Assembly (NCBI GenBank): GCA_963706325.1
Contig: CAVPLT010000004.1
Coordinates: 320,001-384,000, forward strand
Direction of reading: 5' to 3'
Source: an uncultured Nitrospiraceae bacterium
Lineage (GTDB): Bacteria; Nitrospirota; Nitrospiria; Nitrospirales; Nitrospiraceae
DNA length: 64,000 nucleotides
Shown: positions 48,725 through 59,416 of the stretch, in pieces
Position numbering within the stretch: position 1 is the first letter of the stretch
Layout: every line of letters starts with the position of its first letter
Translations under genes and position numbers: made by a program
Notes under the pieces: generated by a model
Database searches by the model: none
Seen by the model: the letters and a program-made list of their open reading frames with translations, nothing else
What the model was told of the DNA's origin: nothing

Positions 48725-49652
48725 GGTGCCGGCCTCCTCGACCCCCTCCAAAGAGAGCTAAAACGCCTCCCTTTTTCAGTGGATGGATATGGAGATTGAC
48801 GTGCGGCTTCAACCCGCTGCTGACATCGGTTTGCCGGCGATCTGCCACTTCCAGAAAACAATCGCGGCAGAAGGCCAAATGCCAGACGCGGTAGTCGTGG
48901 CCGTAGTCATCGTGAAATAATTGACCCCACTTCTGTTCGGACAAGCAGGGGTAATGCTCCGGTTCACTCTTTCGATAGTGCGACTGCAAGACCGGCATCA
49001 ACCGGTCGACTTCGTGGTTCAGGTGGTCGGGCCGGGTGCGTAACTCCTGGTCCAGCACCTCGATTTCAGACCCGCTCAATCCGGTTTCGTTCATCGTTCG
49101 TTGCCAGCCTGTTTGGCGCCACCGCTCGAAGTTTTTATAGACCCGCTGGCTTTCCGCCTGGCCGAAGCCGAGCAGCTTCACCACGTGGGCCTGACTGAAC
49201 CCATAGAAATGGTAGAACAGGGCTATCAAGGCGTCTCGGCTGACAACGGCCCGCGAGGCTAGGCCGTCAAGAAACCGCCCCACCGGCGTCAACAGCTCCT
49301 TGTGATAACAGAGCGGGTCCGGCTGGCTGAACGATTTAGCGATCAAACTATCCAACAGGAAGAACGGTCGACAGGGTACTTCGGTGCGACCGAGGACCAC
49401 AAACCGTTCCACCAATTCATAGCCCCATCGGAGCGCCAGCTTCTCATGCGTAATGTCGTCGCCCCATTGGTTCGTTTCACGGAGAAACCGTCTGGTTTGA
49501 CCTGTCGCCCGGTCCAACAATTCCGGCAACGATTTTGCGACCAGTTCGTCGAACTCTCGCTCGGTGGTCACGACATTGTTGAGTCTTGCCGAGAAAATCT
49601 GACCGTCTCGCATAGTCTTTCCATCGGGTAATTTCGACGACATAATGGTCAC
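48681..49652 (-). CDS. Hypothetical regulator: sigma region-4-like HTH plus HxxxCxxC motif
   Basis: FYGFSQAHVVKLLG HTH-like segment; WHLAFCRDC. Confidence 0.55.
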   Translation of the reverse strand: MTIMSSKLPDGKTMRDGQIFSARLNNVVTTEREFDELVAKSLPELLDRATGQTRRFLRETNQWGDDITHEKLALRWGYELVERFVVLGRTEVPCRPFFLLDSLIAKSFSQPDPLCYHKELLTPVGRFLDGLASRAVVSRDALIALFYHFYGFSQAHVVKLLGFGQAESQRVYKNFERWRQTGWQRTMNETGLSGSEIEVLDQELRTRPDHLNHEVDRLMPVLQSHYRKSEPEHYPCLSEQKWGQLFHDDYGHDYRVWHLAFCRDCFLEVADRRQTDVSSGLKPHVNLHIHPLKKGGVLALFGGGRGGRHHGSTRAQRLSRTSA

Positions 49653-49832
49653 ATCCCCATGAAATTACAATTCGACAAGTGCACTCGTAGAAGACCACAT
49701 TTGTCTACGGAGGGTCAATGGGGCGGGCGACCAGAAGGCAGCGCTGTAGGAGGCTAACCCAGGTCTGCCGACTGCCTTGAGGGGATGGCAACTCGGACAA
49801 GCGGAGGACAGAATTGCCCAGAACGGAACCCG

Positions 49833-51485
49833 TTAAGGGCGATCGGTGGAGAGTCGTTTGGCCAGCCGTCGTGCCAAGCGCATCATGGCTGGTGAGCGGT
49901 CGGCCGGATCGAGCAGGACATTGATGACATAGGGTTGGCTGGAGTCGGCTAAGGCTTTGGCCAGAGTCTGCACAAATTCTCCGTGCGTGGCCACTCGCGA
50001 TCCCTGTCCGCCGCCGATAAGCTCGCAGATTCGTTCATAATGCCACTCGTGGATGTCATTGAATGGCCCTTCCAAAATCTCGCGTTCCGTCGAATACCCG
50101 CGATTGTTCAGGACGATCACCACCGGCGCCTGCTTGTAGCGAACCGCAGTCGACAACTCCGATCCGGTCATTTGGAAGGCGCCATCTCCTACCAGCACGA
50201 TTGGACGCAGGGACGGATCCGCGAAGCTGGCTCCGATGGCGGCGGGGACGGCAAACCCCATCGACGTGTAGTATGCGGGGGACAAAAACTCAAAACGGCG
50301 GTGAACGTGGAGATCGACCGACGCAAACAAGGATTCTCCCACGTCGGCGATGACAAGGGTATGCTCATCCAACACCGTGTCCAGGTGACGGAAAACCCCC
50401 TGAAGCGTCACGGAAGCATGCGCCGGCGGGAGTGGTTCCTCGAAGGTTTGCGCCGACGGCAACTGCGGGGTTGAAAATGAAGGGAGGTGAGCCCCCGCCA
50501 GCCCCTTCACGAAATCTTCAAAGCGGATGGAGTCGTACCGGTGATGTTTAATGGCGACGCGATCGGCCGTGGCATGGATCGTATGACCATCGGAGAACAG
50601 CGCGCTGCGGGCATCCAAATCTTCCACATCAGAGAGAATCGAGCCGAGAATGAGCAGGCAATCGGTTTGGTGCACGAATTCTTTCACTTCGTCGCGGGCC
50701 ACCAATCCGCTATAGACCCCCACGTAGAGCGGATGGTCTTCACGAATGATCGACTTTCCCAGGAGTGTCGAGGCGATCGGAACATTGAGGCGTTCTACGA
50801 GCTGGGTCAACTCGTCGTGGAGCCCGAACCGCCCCACTTCAGCTCCGGCCAAGATCACCGGCCGCTTCGCCGATTCCAGCATGCCGCGCACTTCGGCTAA
50901 GGCTTCGGTCAGGGCGGCATGGTCGGTCGGTTCATCCTGTACACCGATCGAGGGAGAGGTTGCGGCCAGGGGCACATGCACCATGTCGCGTGGAATCTCA
51001 AGATAGATTGGGCGCCGGTAACGCAGCAGGGCCGCGAAGGCGCGATCCATTTCCCGTTGGGCCGTGACCGGGTCTTCCAAGCTGACCGCCGCTACGGTCA
51101 TTTTTTCGAAGACTTCCCGTTGCGTCGAAAACTCCCTCACCATGTGGTGGAGGTAGGGATTGCGCGCGCGCTCCGACAGCCCCGGCGAACCGGTCAGTAA
51201 CACCACGGGCGATCGCTCAGCATAGGCGCAGGCGATGGCATTCACCGTATTAAGTCCTCCGACACAGTAAGTGACACAGAGGGCGCCGATGCCGTTGATC
51301 CGCGCATAGGCATCGGCGGCAAAACCTGCGCAATCTTCCCGGGTGGTGCCGACGTGTTGAATCGGGGAGGATTCCATCAGTTTGTAGAGACCGAGCACGT
51401 AGTCGCCGGGGATACCGAACATGTGTCGTACGCCGAGCTGGTGCAGTCGATCCAATACCGCGGTTCCGATGGTCTGTCTGGTCAT
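49833..51485 (-). CDS. Thiamine-diphosphate alpha-keto acid decarboxylase (indolepyruvate/pyruvate decarboxylase family)
   Basis: FGIPGDY, AGFAADAYAR, LHH, GDGAFQMT...NNRGY. Confidence 0.92.
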   Translation of the reverse strand: MTRQTIGTAVLDRLHQLGVRHMFGIPGDYVLGLYKLMESSPIQHVGTTREDCAGFAADAYARINGIGALCVTYCVGGLNTVNAIACAYAERSPVVLLTGSPGLSERARNPYLHHMVREFSTQREVFEKMTVAAVSLEDPVTAQREMDRAFAALLRYRRPIYLEIPRDMVHVPLAATSPSIGVQDEPTDHAALTEALAEVRGMLESAKRPVILAGAEVGRFGLHDELTQLVERLNVPIASTLLGKSIIREDHPLYVGVYSGLVARDEVKEFVHQTDCLLILGSILSDVEDLDARSALFSDGHTIHATADRVAIKHHRYDSIRFEDFVKGLAGAHLPSFSTPQLPSAQTFEEPLPPAHASVTLQGVFRHLDTVLDEHTLVIADVGESLFASVDLHVHRRFEFLSPAYYTSMGFAVPAAIGASFADPSLRPIVLVGDGAFQMTGSELSTAVRYKQAPVVIVLNNRGYSTEREILEGPFNDIHEWHYERICELIGGGQGSRVATHGEFVQTLAKALADSSQPYVINVLLDPADRSPAMMRLARRLAKRLSTDRP

Positions 51486-51708
51486 TGCGCCTCGATGTCG
51501 AAAGGTCGTCGAGCGGGCGTGTCATCCGCCTTCAGTCTGCAGCAAACCATAGGTAGGGGGGAAGGTCAAGCAGGCGAACGATCGTCGCGCTCACGTGGCC
51601 GCGGGTTGCTTCGCAGAATGATTTCAGGCACCCTCGTGGGCCATTCCCGCGGCGTTTGATGTGATCAAACCGAACAGTGCTCTAGTGCTCTATGGACTGA
51701 CGACTACT

Positions 51709-52905
51709 ATGACACAGACCGCCACCGTTCCCATCGCCAGGATACGCCTCATGCCCGAGCGCGAGAAGCCGCGATATCATGGCCACCTCTGGATTTTTGA
51801 CGGCCATATTGCTGAGGTGCTCGGCACTCCCGGTCCCGGAGACCTTGTGGACGTGTATACCCATCAAAAACGATTTTTCGGGCGCGGCTTCTACAATCCC
51901 CACTCCAAAATCCGCGTTCGCCTGCTCACCTTTCAAGAGGAGCCGATCGACGACGCCTTTTTTGCGGCGCGTCTCCGGGCTGCGGCGGCCCTGCGGAGAA
52001 CCGTGGCCTGTCATACCAATGCCTGCCGGCTCGTCCATGGAGAAAGCGATCTCCTGCCAGGGTTGGTCGTCGACCGGTTCGCTGATGTGGCGGTGATGCA
52101 GGCTCTAAGCTACGGCATGGATGCGCGAAAAGAGTTGTTGGGGGAGTTCCTCATACAGGAATGCGGGGTGCGGAGCGTGTACCTGCGGAATGATGCCAAG
52201 AGCCGAACATTGGAAGGCTTGCCGCTGTCAAAAGGATTTCTCCGCGGAGACAGCGCGACGACCGTGAACATTCATGAGGGAACCGCCCGATTCATGGTGG
52301 ATATCGCCGAGGGGCAGAAAACCGGATGGTTCTGCGATCAGCGAGAGAATCGATTGGCGGCGGTTCCTTTCGCCAAAGGGAAAACAGTCTTGGAAGCCTT
52401 TTGCCATACCGGCGCGTTCGGTATACAGGCTGCTCTGGGCGGTGCTCAGTCGGTCGATGGGTTGGATGTGAGTGCGGCGGCCGTGGCATTGGCTCAAGCC
52501 CATGCCGTCCACAATGAAGTCGCGCCACGTTGTCGTTATCGTCAGGGCGACGCCTTTGAGGAGTTGCGGGTGCTCGAACGGAGCAAGCAACGGTATGACC
52601 TCGTCATTCTCGATCCGCCGGCGTTCGCGCGAAGCAAAAAAGCCGTGCCACATGCCTTGGCTGGATACAAAGACGTGAACCTTCGTGGGCTCCGTCTGTT
52701 GCATCCCGGCGGGGTATTGGTGACGTGTTCCTGTTCGCAGCCGATCAGCGATCACGATTTTTGGATGATGCTGCAAGCGGCGGCTCGTGACGCGCGCCGG
52801 CAAATTCGCCTGCTTGAACAGCGCGGTCAGGGACCGGACCACCCGGTGCTTGCTGGTATGCCGGAAACCCGTTATCTCAAATGTTTTATCGTTCAAGTGT
52901 TCTGA
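51709..52905 (+). CDS. RlmI-like SAM-dependent rRNA methyltransferase
   Basis: PUA-like N-terminus, ESDLLPGLVVD, GQKTG, DQRENR, ILDPPAF, TCSCS. Confidence 0.88.
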   Translation: MTQTATVPIARIRLMPEREKPRYHGHLWIFDGHIAEVLGTPGPGDLVDVYTHQKRFFGRGFYNPHSKIRVRLLTFQEEPIDDAFFAARLRAAAALRRTVACHTNACRLVHGESDLLPGLVVDRFADVAVMQALSYGMDARKELLGEFLIQECGVRSVYLRNDAKSRTLEGLPLSKGFLRGDSATTVNIHEGTARFMVDIAEGQKTGWFCDQRENRLAAVPFAKGKTVLEAFCHTGAFGIQAALGGAQSVDGLDVSAAAVALAQAHAVHNEVAPRCRYRQGDAFEELRVLERSKQRYDLVILDPPAFARSKKAVPHALAGYKDVNLRGLRLLHPGGVLVTCSCSQPISDHDFWMMLQAAARDARRQIRLLEQRGQGPDHPVLAGMPETRYLKCFIVQVF

Positions 52906-52909
52906 GGAC

Positions 52910-54907
52910 ATGATGCGCGATCACGAGGCTCCTCCGGAGAACGTCGACGGGCCTCTCATCCCTGCCTCCGTGACGCTTCCTGAAATCACCCCCAAGGCGG
53001 TTGTGCTGTCTATCGTCCTCGCCGCCGTTCTGGCCGGCGCCAATGCCTATTTGGGCCTATTTGCCGGCATGACGGTCTCTGCGTCGATTCCAGCTGCCGT
53101 CGTGTCCATGGCCGTGCTGCGCCTGTTCCGTCACTCGAACATCTTGGAGAACAATATTGTCCAAACTGCCGCCTCGTCAGGCGAAGCGTTAGCGGCCGGT
53201 GTGATTTTCACTATCCCCGGATTACTCCTCATCGGGCATTGGACGTCGTTCGACTATTGGCAAACCTTCACCGTGGCGCTCGTCGGCGGGATACTCGGCG
53301 TGTTGTTTACCATTCCGCTTCGGCGAGCCCTGATTGTCCATGCCCGGCTGCGTTTTCCCGAAGGAGTGGCCACGGCGGAGGTCTTGAAGGCCGGAGCTTC
53401 GACGGATGCCGGCGCCGGAGCCAGGTTTCGAGTGTTATTGGGGGCTGCGGCCATGGGCGGCTGCTTTAAGTTTGCCGAGGGAGGGCTGAAACTTTGGAGC
53501 GAATCGTTGGAAGGGGCCGTGCAGTTAGGCCGCGCGACGTTCTACGGAGGACTCAACCTGTCACCAGCCCTGCTGGGCGTGGGATATATCATCGGTCTCA
53601 ATACAGCCGTGGTCGTCTTTCTCGGCGGCGCGATTGGGTGGTTGGTCTTGCTGCCGCTGTATCAATTCCTCGGCGACCAGCCTGACGTGCTGACCGGCGT
53701 GGCGGCGGCTAAGATGACCTGGAGTGGGCAGATTCGATACATCGGTATCGGCGCGATGTTGGCGGGAGGGGTGTGGACGCTGTTTCAGGTTCGGGGGCCG
53801 ATTCTGCAGAGCCTGCGCCAACTTATTGCGCTTTACGGTAGGCGCCAACAGCGTGGGCCGCAATCTGTTCTGCCGCGCACCGAGCGTGACGCGGGTGTCG
53901 CCTGGTTGATCGGTCTGACCGTGGTGTCTCTGGTCCCTATGGTGACGCTGTATCAGAGTTTGTTGGGCCCCAATATCTGGGGTGGAATCGGGCTGACCCT
54001 CTTAATGGTCGTCACGGCCTTCCTCTTTTCTTCCGTGTCCGGATACATGGCCGGGCTTGTCGGGAGTTCGAGCAATCCGGTATCGGGCGTTACTATTGCG
54101 ACGATCATGCTCGCCGCGCTGCTCTTGTTGGGAATCTTAGGACGGGACAATCCTGCCGGTCCGGCGGCCGCCTTGCTGGTGGGTGCAGTCGTCTGTTGCG
54201 CTGCCGCAATGGGGGGCGACAATCTCCAGGACTTGAAAACCGGGCATCTGGTCGGCGCGACCCCTTGGAAACAACAGGTCATGCAGGTCATTGGAGTGGC
54301 AACCGGCGCCGTGGTCATCGTGCCGGTGCTTTCGCTGCTGCAGGCCAAGTATGGCCTCGGCGAGGTGACGGAGGCCCATCCCCATCCGCTCACTGCGCCT
54401 CAGGCCACCCTCATGGCGAATCTTGCGAAAGGTGTGTTCGGCGGATCCCTGCCCTGGCATCTAGTCGCAATCGGAATGTTGTTGGGAATCGTCGTGATAG
54501 GCCTCGACATACGCCAAGGACGCCGGGAGTCTACCTTTCGCCTGCCTGTCTTGGCGGTTGCGCTCGGCATGTATTTGCCGCTCAAGCTGTCTGCAACGAT
54601 CATGTTTGGCGGCCTGCTGGCAGAGTATGTGCGGGCCGGCAGGAGATCTGTCGGCTCTCCACCCGACGGTCATGGCCTGCTCTTCGCCGCCGGATTGGTA
54701 ACCGGTGAGGCGCTAGTCGGAATTCTGTTAGCTCTTCCGATTGCGTTTACTTCTTTCTGGCCGGCGTTGTCAGGGGATCCCTTTCAATTGTTTGCTGGTC
54801 CACCATATGGAGGCTGGCCAGGACTTTGTGCGCTGCTGCTTGTTGGCCTGTTGCTTGTGCGCGCTGCGCAAACGACAACGTCTTCCAAGGAGGGGTCGTC
54901 CGGGTAG
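52910..54907 (+). CDS. OPT family oligopeptide transporter
   Basis: NAYLGL.AG.TVSASIP, ENNIVQT, FPEG.A, SNPVSG, QDLKTG, APQA. Confidence 0.93.
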   Translation: MMRDHEAPPENVDGPLIPASVTLPEITPKAVVLSIVLAAVLAGANAYLGLFAGMTVSASIPAAVVSMAVLRLFRHSNILENNIVQTAASSGEALAAGVIFTIPGLLLIGHWTSFDYWQTFTVALVGGILGVLFTIPLRRALIVHARLRFPEGVATAEVLKAGASTDAGAGARFRVLLGAAAMGGCFKFAEGGLKLWSESLEGAVQLGRATFYGGLNLSPALLGVGYIIGLNTAVVVFLGGAIGWLVLLPLYQFLGDQPDVLTGVAAAKMTWSGQIRYIGIGAMLAGGVWTLFQVRGPILQSLRQLIALYGRRQQRGPQSVLPRTERDAGVAWLIGLTVVSLVPMVTLYQSLLGPNIWGGIGLTLLMVVTAFLFSSVSGYMAGLVGSSSNPVSGVTIATIMLAALLLLGILGRDNPAGPAAALLVGAVVCCAAAMGGDNLQDLKTGHLVGATPWKQQVMQVIGVATGAVVIVPVLSLLQAKYGLGEVTEAHPHPLTAPQATLMANLAKGVFGGSLPWHLVAIGMLLGIVVIGLDIRQGRRESTFRLPVLAVALGMYLPLKLSATIMFGGLLAEYVRAGRRSVGSPPDGHGLLFAAGLVTGEALVGILLALPIAFTSFWPALSGDPFQLFAGPPYGGWPGLCALLLVGLLLVRAAQTTTSSKEGSSG

Positions 54908-54964
54908 TGACCAAAGGTGACAAAGGCGATAAATGGTGGTGATGGGAGCGACGTTGAGGCGGCG

Positions 54965-55435
54965 TTAATCACTCGGCGGTTCGAAGTGTCCCGGCGGGCG
55001 TGATTGCCAGGGCACGGTCGCTTGCTTGGACTGCTTGACGAGACTCCGCAAACTCACTTCCGCGGCTCGAAGCAATTTAGGATCGCTGCTATGCAATAAT
55101 GCAGTGAGCAGCACGTAGAGGGTTCGATCGTGTCCTGCTGCCAAAAGAATTTTCTCTAGCACGGGATCGGCTCCCGTTAAAGTGGAGAGAGCCGGCGGCT
55201 CGTCATCATCTCCCTTGCAGAGGAGATCAAACTCCGAGGGGTGGATGAAGAGCCAGGGGAGGGGGATCCTGAGGGCGCCGGCTAATGCTTCCAATATGGA
55301 TGCATTAGGATCCGCTTGTTCTGATTCGAGATTTTGCAATAGAGCGGATGGAATTCCTGCGCGTTCGGCAAGGGCATTCTCGGAACACTTTTGCGAGACT
55401 CGCCATGCGCGAACGAATATTCCGACGTGAGGCAT
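54965..55435 (-). CDS. XRE-family HTH protein
   Basis: N-terminal LAERAGI....LQNLE....P....L..LA.AL. Confidence 0.75.
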   Translation of the reverse strand: MPHVGIFVRAWRVSQKCSENALAERAGIPSALLQNLESEQADPNASILEALAGALRIPLPWLFIHPSEFDLLCKGDDDEPPALSTLTGADPVLEKILLAAGHDRTLYVLLTALLHSSDPKLLRAAEVSLRSLVKQSKQATVPWQSRPPGHFEPPSD

Positions 55436-55611
55436 TCCCGATATTACAGTATCCGTTTCGGCGTCTGCAATGCCGGTGTTTAGAAACCTTGGCAGTCCGT
55501 GCTTGCAATATCAACAACTTATGCATCATTCTCCTAAGTAGAACAAAGACGTCGAAATCGGGTAGAATGAGGCTCTCTGTTGGATAGACTTGATGTGAGG
55601 AGGATCAGCCG

Positions 55612-55953
55612 ATGTTAGGAACCGACATTCGCGGCATTATGGCCGAAGAGGAAGAAGTTCAGCGGCGGCAGGAAGCCTTGCAGTCACTGATGTCGATGCG
55701 GGAGAGATTGCTAAAGGAGTCGCTGGAGGCGCGAATCAAGCGCGCACGTGGAACCGGGGATTGGACCAACTTGTCGCCGGCCGAATGTGCCAATATTTAC
55801 AAAGAAGAACGCGTCCATTTGCGAGCTCAGCTCGAACGACTGAAGGCCGAGCGAGACCGTACCCGCGGGAAACTGTCGGCTCTCAAGCGGGCCAAAGTGC
55901 GGGCGCAGCGTATCCGCGCGGCGGAAGCTGCTTCCGGTAAGAAGCGTAAGTAA
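55612..55953 (+). CDS. Hypothetical coiled-coil protein
   Basis: Strong RBS GAGGAGG; charged helical sequence. Confidence 0.7.
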   Translation: MLGTDIRGIMAEEEEVQRRQEALQSLMSMRERLLKESLEARIKRARGTGDWTNLSPAECANIYKEERVHLRAQLERLKAERDRTRGKLSALKRAKVRAQRIRAAEAASGKKRK

Positions 55954-56022
55954 GTATGTGGCGAGGAGACCGTGCTGATCTAGCACGGTCTCCTCGCAGT
56001 GTCGCTCACCTCTGGGTAACTG

Positions 56023-56841
56023 TTGACCTCCTCACCTCGCACCGTTTCCCGTAACTTTCTCTCGCACATACGTGATGTCGCCAAGACGAAGCGCACGCGT
56101 GACCGCGAGCGGGTGTTCGTGCTCGAAGGGACAAAGCCTATCGTGGAACTGTTGCAGTCGGCGCCGCAACAACTGGTCTGCCTCGTAGTCGCTCCAAATT
56201 TCCTCGATAAACAATCGCCGGAAGTCAGGGAACTAATTGTGAGTAGCGGATGTACCATTCATCGCTGTCCGGAGCATATGCTGGCTCAATTGTCCGATGT
56301 CGAAACTTCCAGTGGCGCACTGGCCATCGTTCATCAGCCGACGTGGAACCAGGCTGCTCTGCTCGCTGAACCAAGAATCTTCGGCCTTTATGGCGATATG
56401 CTTCAAGACCCGACGAATATGGGCACAATTATTCGGACGGCGGCAGGACTCAGCGTCACTGCAATGTGGCTGGCGCCCCATTCAGTCGATGTGTTTAATC
56501 CGAAGGTCGTGCGGGCAACCGCCGGTGCGCTGTTTCAACTGCCCATCTTCCCTCACACCAGTCTTGAAGAGCTGCTGAGGCTGGGCTCCGTGATCATCGC
56601 AGCCGCTGCTGGGACAGGCGACGACAGGGTGCCTATTCGGACGATTCAGTCCATTCCCCCGCGGACCATTCTCGCGATTGGTAGTGAGAGTCGAGGATTG
56701 TCTGAGGCCACTCTCAACGCGGCGAAACTCCGCGTTACTATTCCTCTAAAATCGGGTGTCGAATCCCTGAATGCCGCTGCAGCCGCTGCTATCGCGATCT
56801 TCCATCTGTCCGGTTTACCTGTGGAATCCAGGACTAGTTAG
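56023..56841 (+). CDS. TrmH/SpoU family RNA methyltransferase
   Basis: LQDPTNMGTIIRTA, GSESRGLS, IPL...VESLNAA. Confidence 0.9.
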   Translation: MTSSPRTVSRNFLSHIRDVAKTKRTRDRERVFVLEGTKPIVELLQSAPQQLVCLVVAPNFLDKQSPEVRELIVSSGCTIHRCPEHMLAQLSDVETSSGALAIVHQPTWNQAALLAEPRIFGLYGDMLQDPTNMGTIIRTAAGLSVTAMWLAPHSVDVFNPKVVRATAGALFQLPIFPHTSLEELLRLGSVIIAAAAGTGDDRVPIRTIQSIPPRTILAIGSESRGLSEATLNAAKLRVTIPLKSGVESLNAAAAAAIAIFHLSGLPVESRTS

Positions 56842-57216
56842 CTCGGACGGTTTTATAGCGCCCAACCTTCCTTTACGGCTTTACAGGCTATTCAATTCCA
56901 GCCTAGTTGTCATCAGGGACATTCGTGAGTTCGCCAAGCTCACTGTTGTGTGTCAGGGAAGATCAGAGATGGAGCCATCGTCGCTCTGGGCGAAAACCAC
57001 TTCCCGATAGATGGCTTCCCCTGGTTTGTCAGGCCGCAGCCCGTCGATGTTTTAAAGTCCCCTCTGACCGACTTCAAAGCATATCGTCCGTGATCAATTT
57101 CCGTCTGTGTTGGGATCCTACCGGCGAAACATCGGCGGTGAGCCTCCTTCCTTTTTCTCTGTCCTTTCCTTTACGATGCCGTGGATAGCGTGCAGTGGTG
57201 AGCGGAGGCAAGAGTA

Positions 57217-58578
57217 ATGAAGACCAAGACAACTTTTCATTGCCAAGCATGCGGCCATCAGGCGCCACGATGGCTCGGACGTTGCCCCGACTGCGGAGGT
57301 TGGAACACGCTCAAGGAAGAACGCCTGCCGGCAGCTCCCAAAGGCCGCCAAGCCGCGCTGAAAACGGCGATCGCCGTTGCGACGCCGATCTCGGAGATTG
57401 AAATCGTAGGTGAGCCTCGGCACAGCACGGGGATGGGTGAGTTTGATCGCGTGTTGGGTGGTGGGGTCGTACCGGGTTCCGTGATGTTGATCGGCGGCGA
57501 CCCCGGCATCGGCAAAACTACGCTGCTCTTGCAAGCTTTGCCGCTGCTCGCGAGGCCAGGTGAACAGGTGCTGTATGTCTCGGGTGAGGAATCTCCCCGG
57601 CAGATCAAGATGCGAGGCCAGCGCCTCGGCATCGATGGCAAGCACCTCTTGATTCTAGGCGAAACCTCACTCGAGCAAATCCTCAAATCGATCCAAGAAG
57701 TCCAGCCGGCGGCGGTGGTGGTGGATTCGATCCAGACGGTCTACACAGAACAGTTGACGTCGGCGCCAGGAAGTATTAGCCAGGTGCAGGAAGTGGCGGG
57801 GCAATTGATGTGGTTTGCCAAGCGCAGCAATGTACCGGTGTTCATCATCGGGCACGTCACCAAGGAAGGCGCCATCGCCGGTCCCCGCTTGCTGGAACAC
57901 ATCGTGGATACCGTGTTGTACTTCGAGGGAGATAAGAGCCACAGCTTTCGCATTCTGCGGGCGGTCAAAAATCGTTTTGGATCGACGAATGAGATCGGGG
58001 TGTTTGAGATGAAGGACGGCGGGCTGGAGGAAGTCAGCAACCCATCCGAATTGTTTTTGGCAGAGAGGCCGCTACGCAGCACCGGTTCCGTGGTGGTGTC
58101 CAGCTTGGAGGGAACGCGGCCCATTCTCGTTGAACTTCAGGCGCTGGTGTCCGGGACTAATTACGCAATGCCCAAGCGAATGGCGAACGGCGTGGAACCC
58201 AACCGCCTCTCCCTGCTCCTAGCGGTGATGGAAAAGCGCCTCGGCATGCATCTCTCCGGGCAGGATGTATATGTGAACGTCGTGGGCGGCATCCACATTG
58301 ACGAGCCCGCGATTGACCTGGGCATTGTCGCGGCTATTACATCAAGTTTGCGCGAGAGCCCGATCGATTTTACAACACTTGTGATGGGCGAGGTCGGGTT
58401 GGGCGGCGAGGTCAGGGCAATCAGCCAGGCGGAGTTGCGGATTCGCGAGGCGGCCAAGATGGGATTCAAGCGTTGTCTATTGCCGGAGCGGAACGTCGCG
58501 AAACTCGAACCGATCGAAGGGATTGAATTGATCGGCATTCACGAAGTCGGAGACGCATTGGATGCAGTGCTGGCGTAA
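57217..58578 (+). CDS. radA: DNA repair protein RadA/Sms
   Basis: C4 zinc finger, GGDPGIGKTT, KNRFG, Lon-like C-terminus. Confidence 0.97.
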   Translation: MKTKTTFHCQACGHQAPRWLGRCPDCGGWNTLKEERLPAAPKGRQAALKTAIAVATPISEIEIVGEPRHSTGMGEFDRVLGGGVVPGSVMLIGGDPGIGKTTLLLQALPLLARPGEQVLYVSGEESPRQIKMRGQRLGIDGKHLLILGETSLEQILKSIQEVQPAAVVVDSIQTVYTEQLTSAPGSISQVQEVAGQLMWFAKRSNVPVFIIGHVTKEGAIAGPRLLEHIVDTVLYFEGDKSHSFRILRAVKNRFGSTNEIGVFEMKDGGLEEVSNPSELFLAERPLRSTGSVVVSSLEGTRPILVELQALVSGTNYAMPKRMANGVEPNRLSLLLAVMEKRLGMHLSGQDVYVNVVGGIHIDEPAIDLGIVAAITSSLRESPIDFTTLVMGEVGLGGEVRAISQAELRIREAAKMGFKRCLLPERNVAKLEPIEGIELIGIHEVGDALDAVLA

Positions 58579-59416
58579 GGCCAACCATGTTATCGGTGCC
58601 CTGCTCCTCGTCCTCGTGACGGTCGGGTCGTTGCCTGGTTGCGCGCTCTTCGGGCCATCCGATACCGCGCCGCTCCAGCATGCGACGGCTGAGCAATTGA
58701 CCGCGCTCTTGCAGGAGCAGGCGGAAGAAGTTCGGACGATCAAGGGGTTGTTCAGCGCCAAGATCACCGGCGGCATCCTGCCGATCGGCCAACGAGTTCA
58801 AGGCACCGTGTTTTATCAGCGTCCGAATGCCATCAGGCTACGCGGTTTCACGGCGGTGGGGAGCGAGTTGTTTGAGTTCGTGCAGCTCGAAAATCAATTT
58901 AAACTACGTCTGCCGACCATGGGTCGTGAGGTGGTCGGTCGCCCATCTGAAACGGATCGGCTCGGCCAGCTCACCCGCCCATTTCAGTTGAGCGTTTGGG
59001 CCATGAGCGGGATTACCGGGACGCAGGTGGTCGGGCCGCAGGAGCAGGTACGGTTGACGGAAGACGGCGACCGCTATCGGCTGGATGTGCTGACTGGCTC
59101 GGAACATAACGGAGCAGCCCCGATCGTGACAAGGCGTATTTGGTTCGACCGGCGCAATCTGCTCGTCGTGAAAGAAGAGCGAGTGTCTCCGGCCGGCGAG
59201 ATTGAGGCGACCATGCAGTTTGACGACTATCGCGCGGTTGGGGCTTTGGAGACGGCCGGAGCCTTCTCCATTCAGGAGCCCGCTGCGTCCAAGCGCATTC
59301 TGCGGCCCTTTGCCATTCGTATGACCGACGGGCAAGGTTCGGGCAGCTTACAGGTGACATTTATAGAATTGATTCCCAATCAACCAATCAAACCGAGCGA
59401 GCTGGGGGGCGTATGA
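58562..59416 (+). CDS. Lipoprotein, possibly LolA/LolB-like fold
   Basis: Lipobox LPGC; beta-rich; overlaps radA and tsaB. Confidence 0.6.
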   Translation: MQCWRKANHVIGALLLVLVTVGSLPGCALFGPSDTAPLQHATAEQLTALLQEQAEEVRTIKGLFSAKITGGILPIGQRVQGTVFYQRPNAIRLRGFTAVGSELFEFVQLENQFKLRLPTMGREVVGRPSETDRLGQLTRPFQLSVWAMSGITGTQVVGPQEQVRLTEDGDRYRLDVLTGSEHNGAAPIVTRRIWFDRRNLLVVKEERVSPAGEIEATMQFDDYRAVGALETAGAFSIQEPAASKRILRPFAIRMTDGQGSGSLQVTFIELIPNQPIKPSELGGV

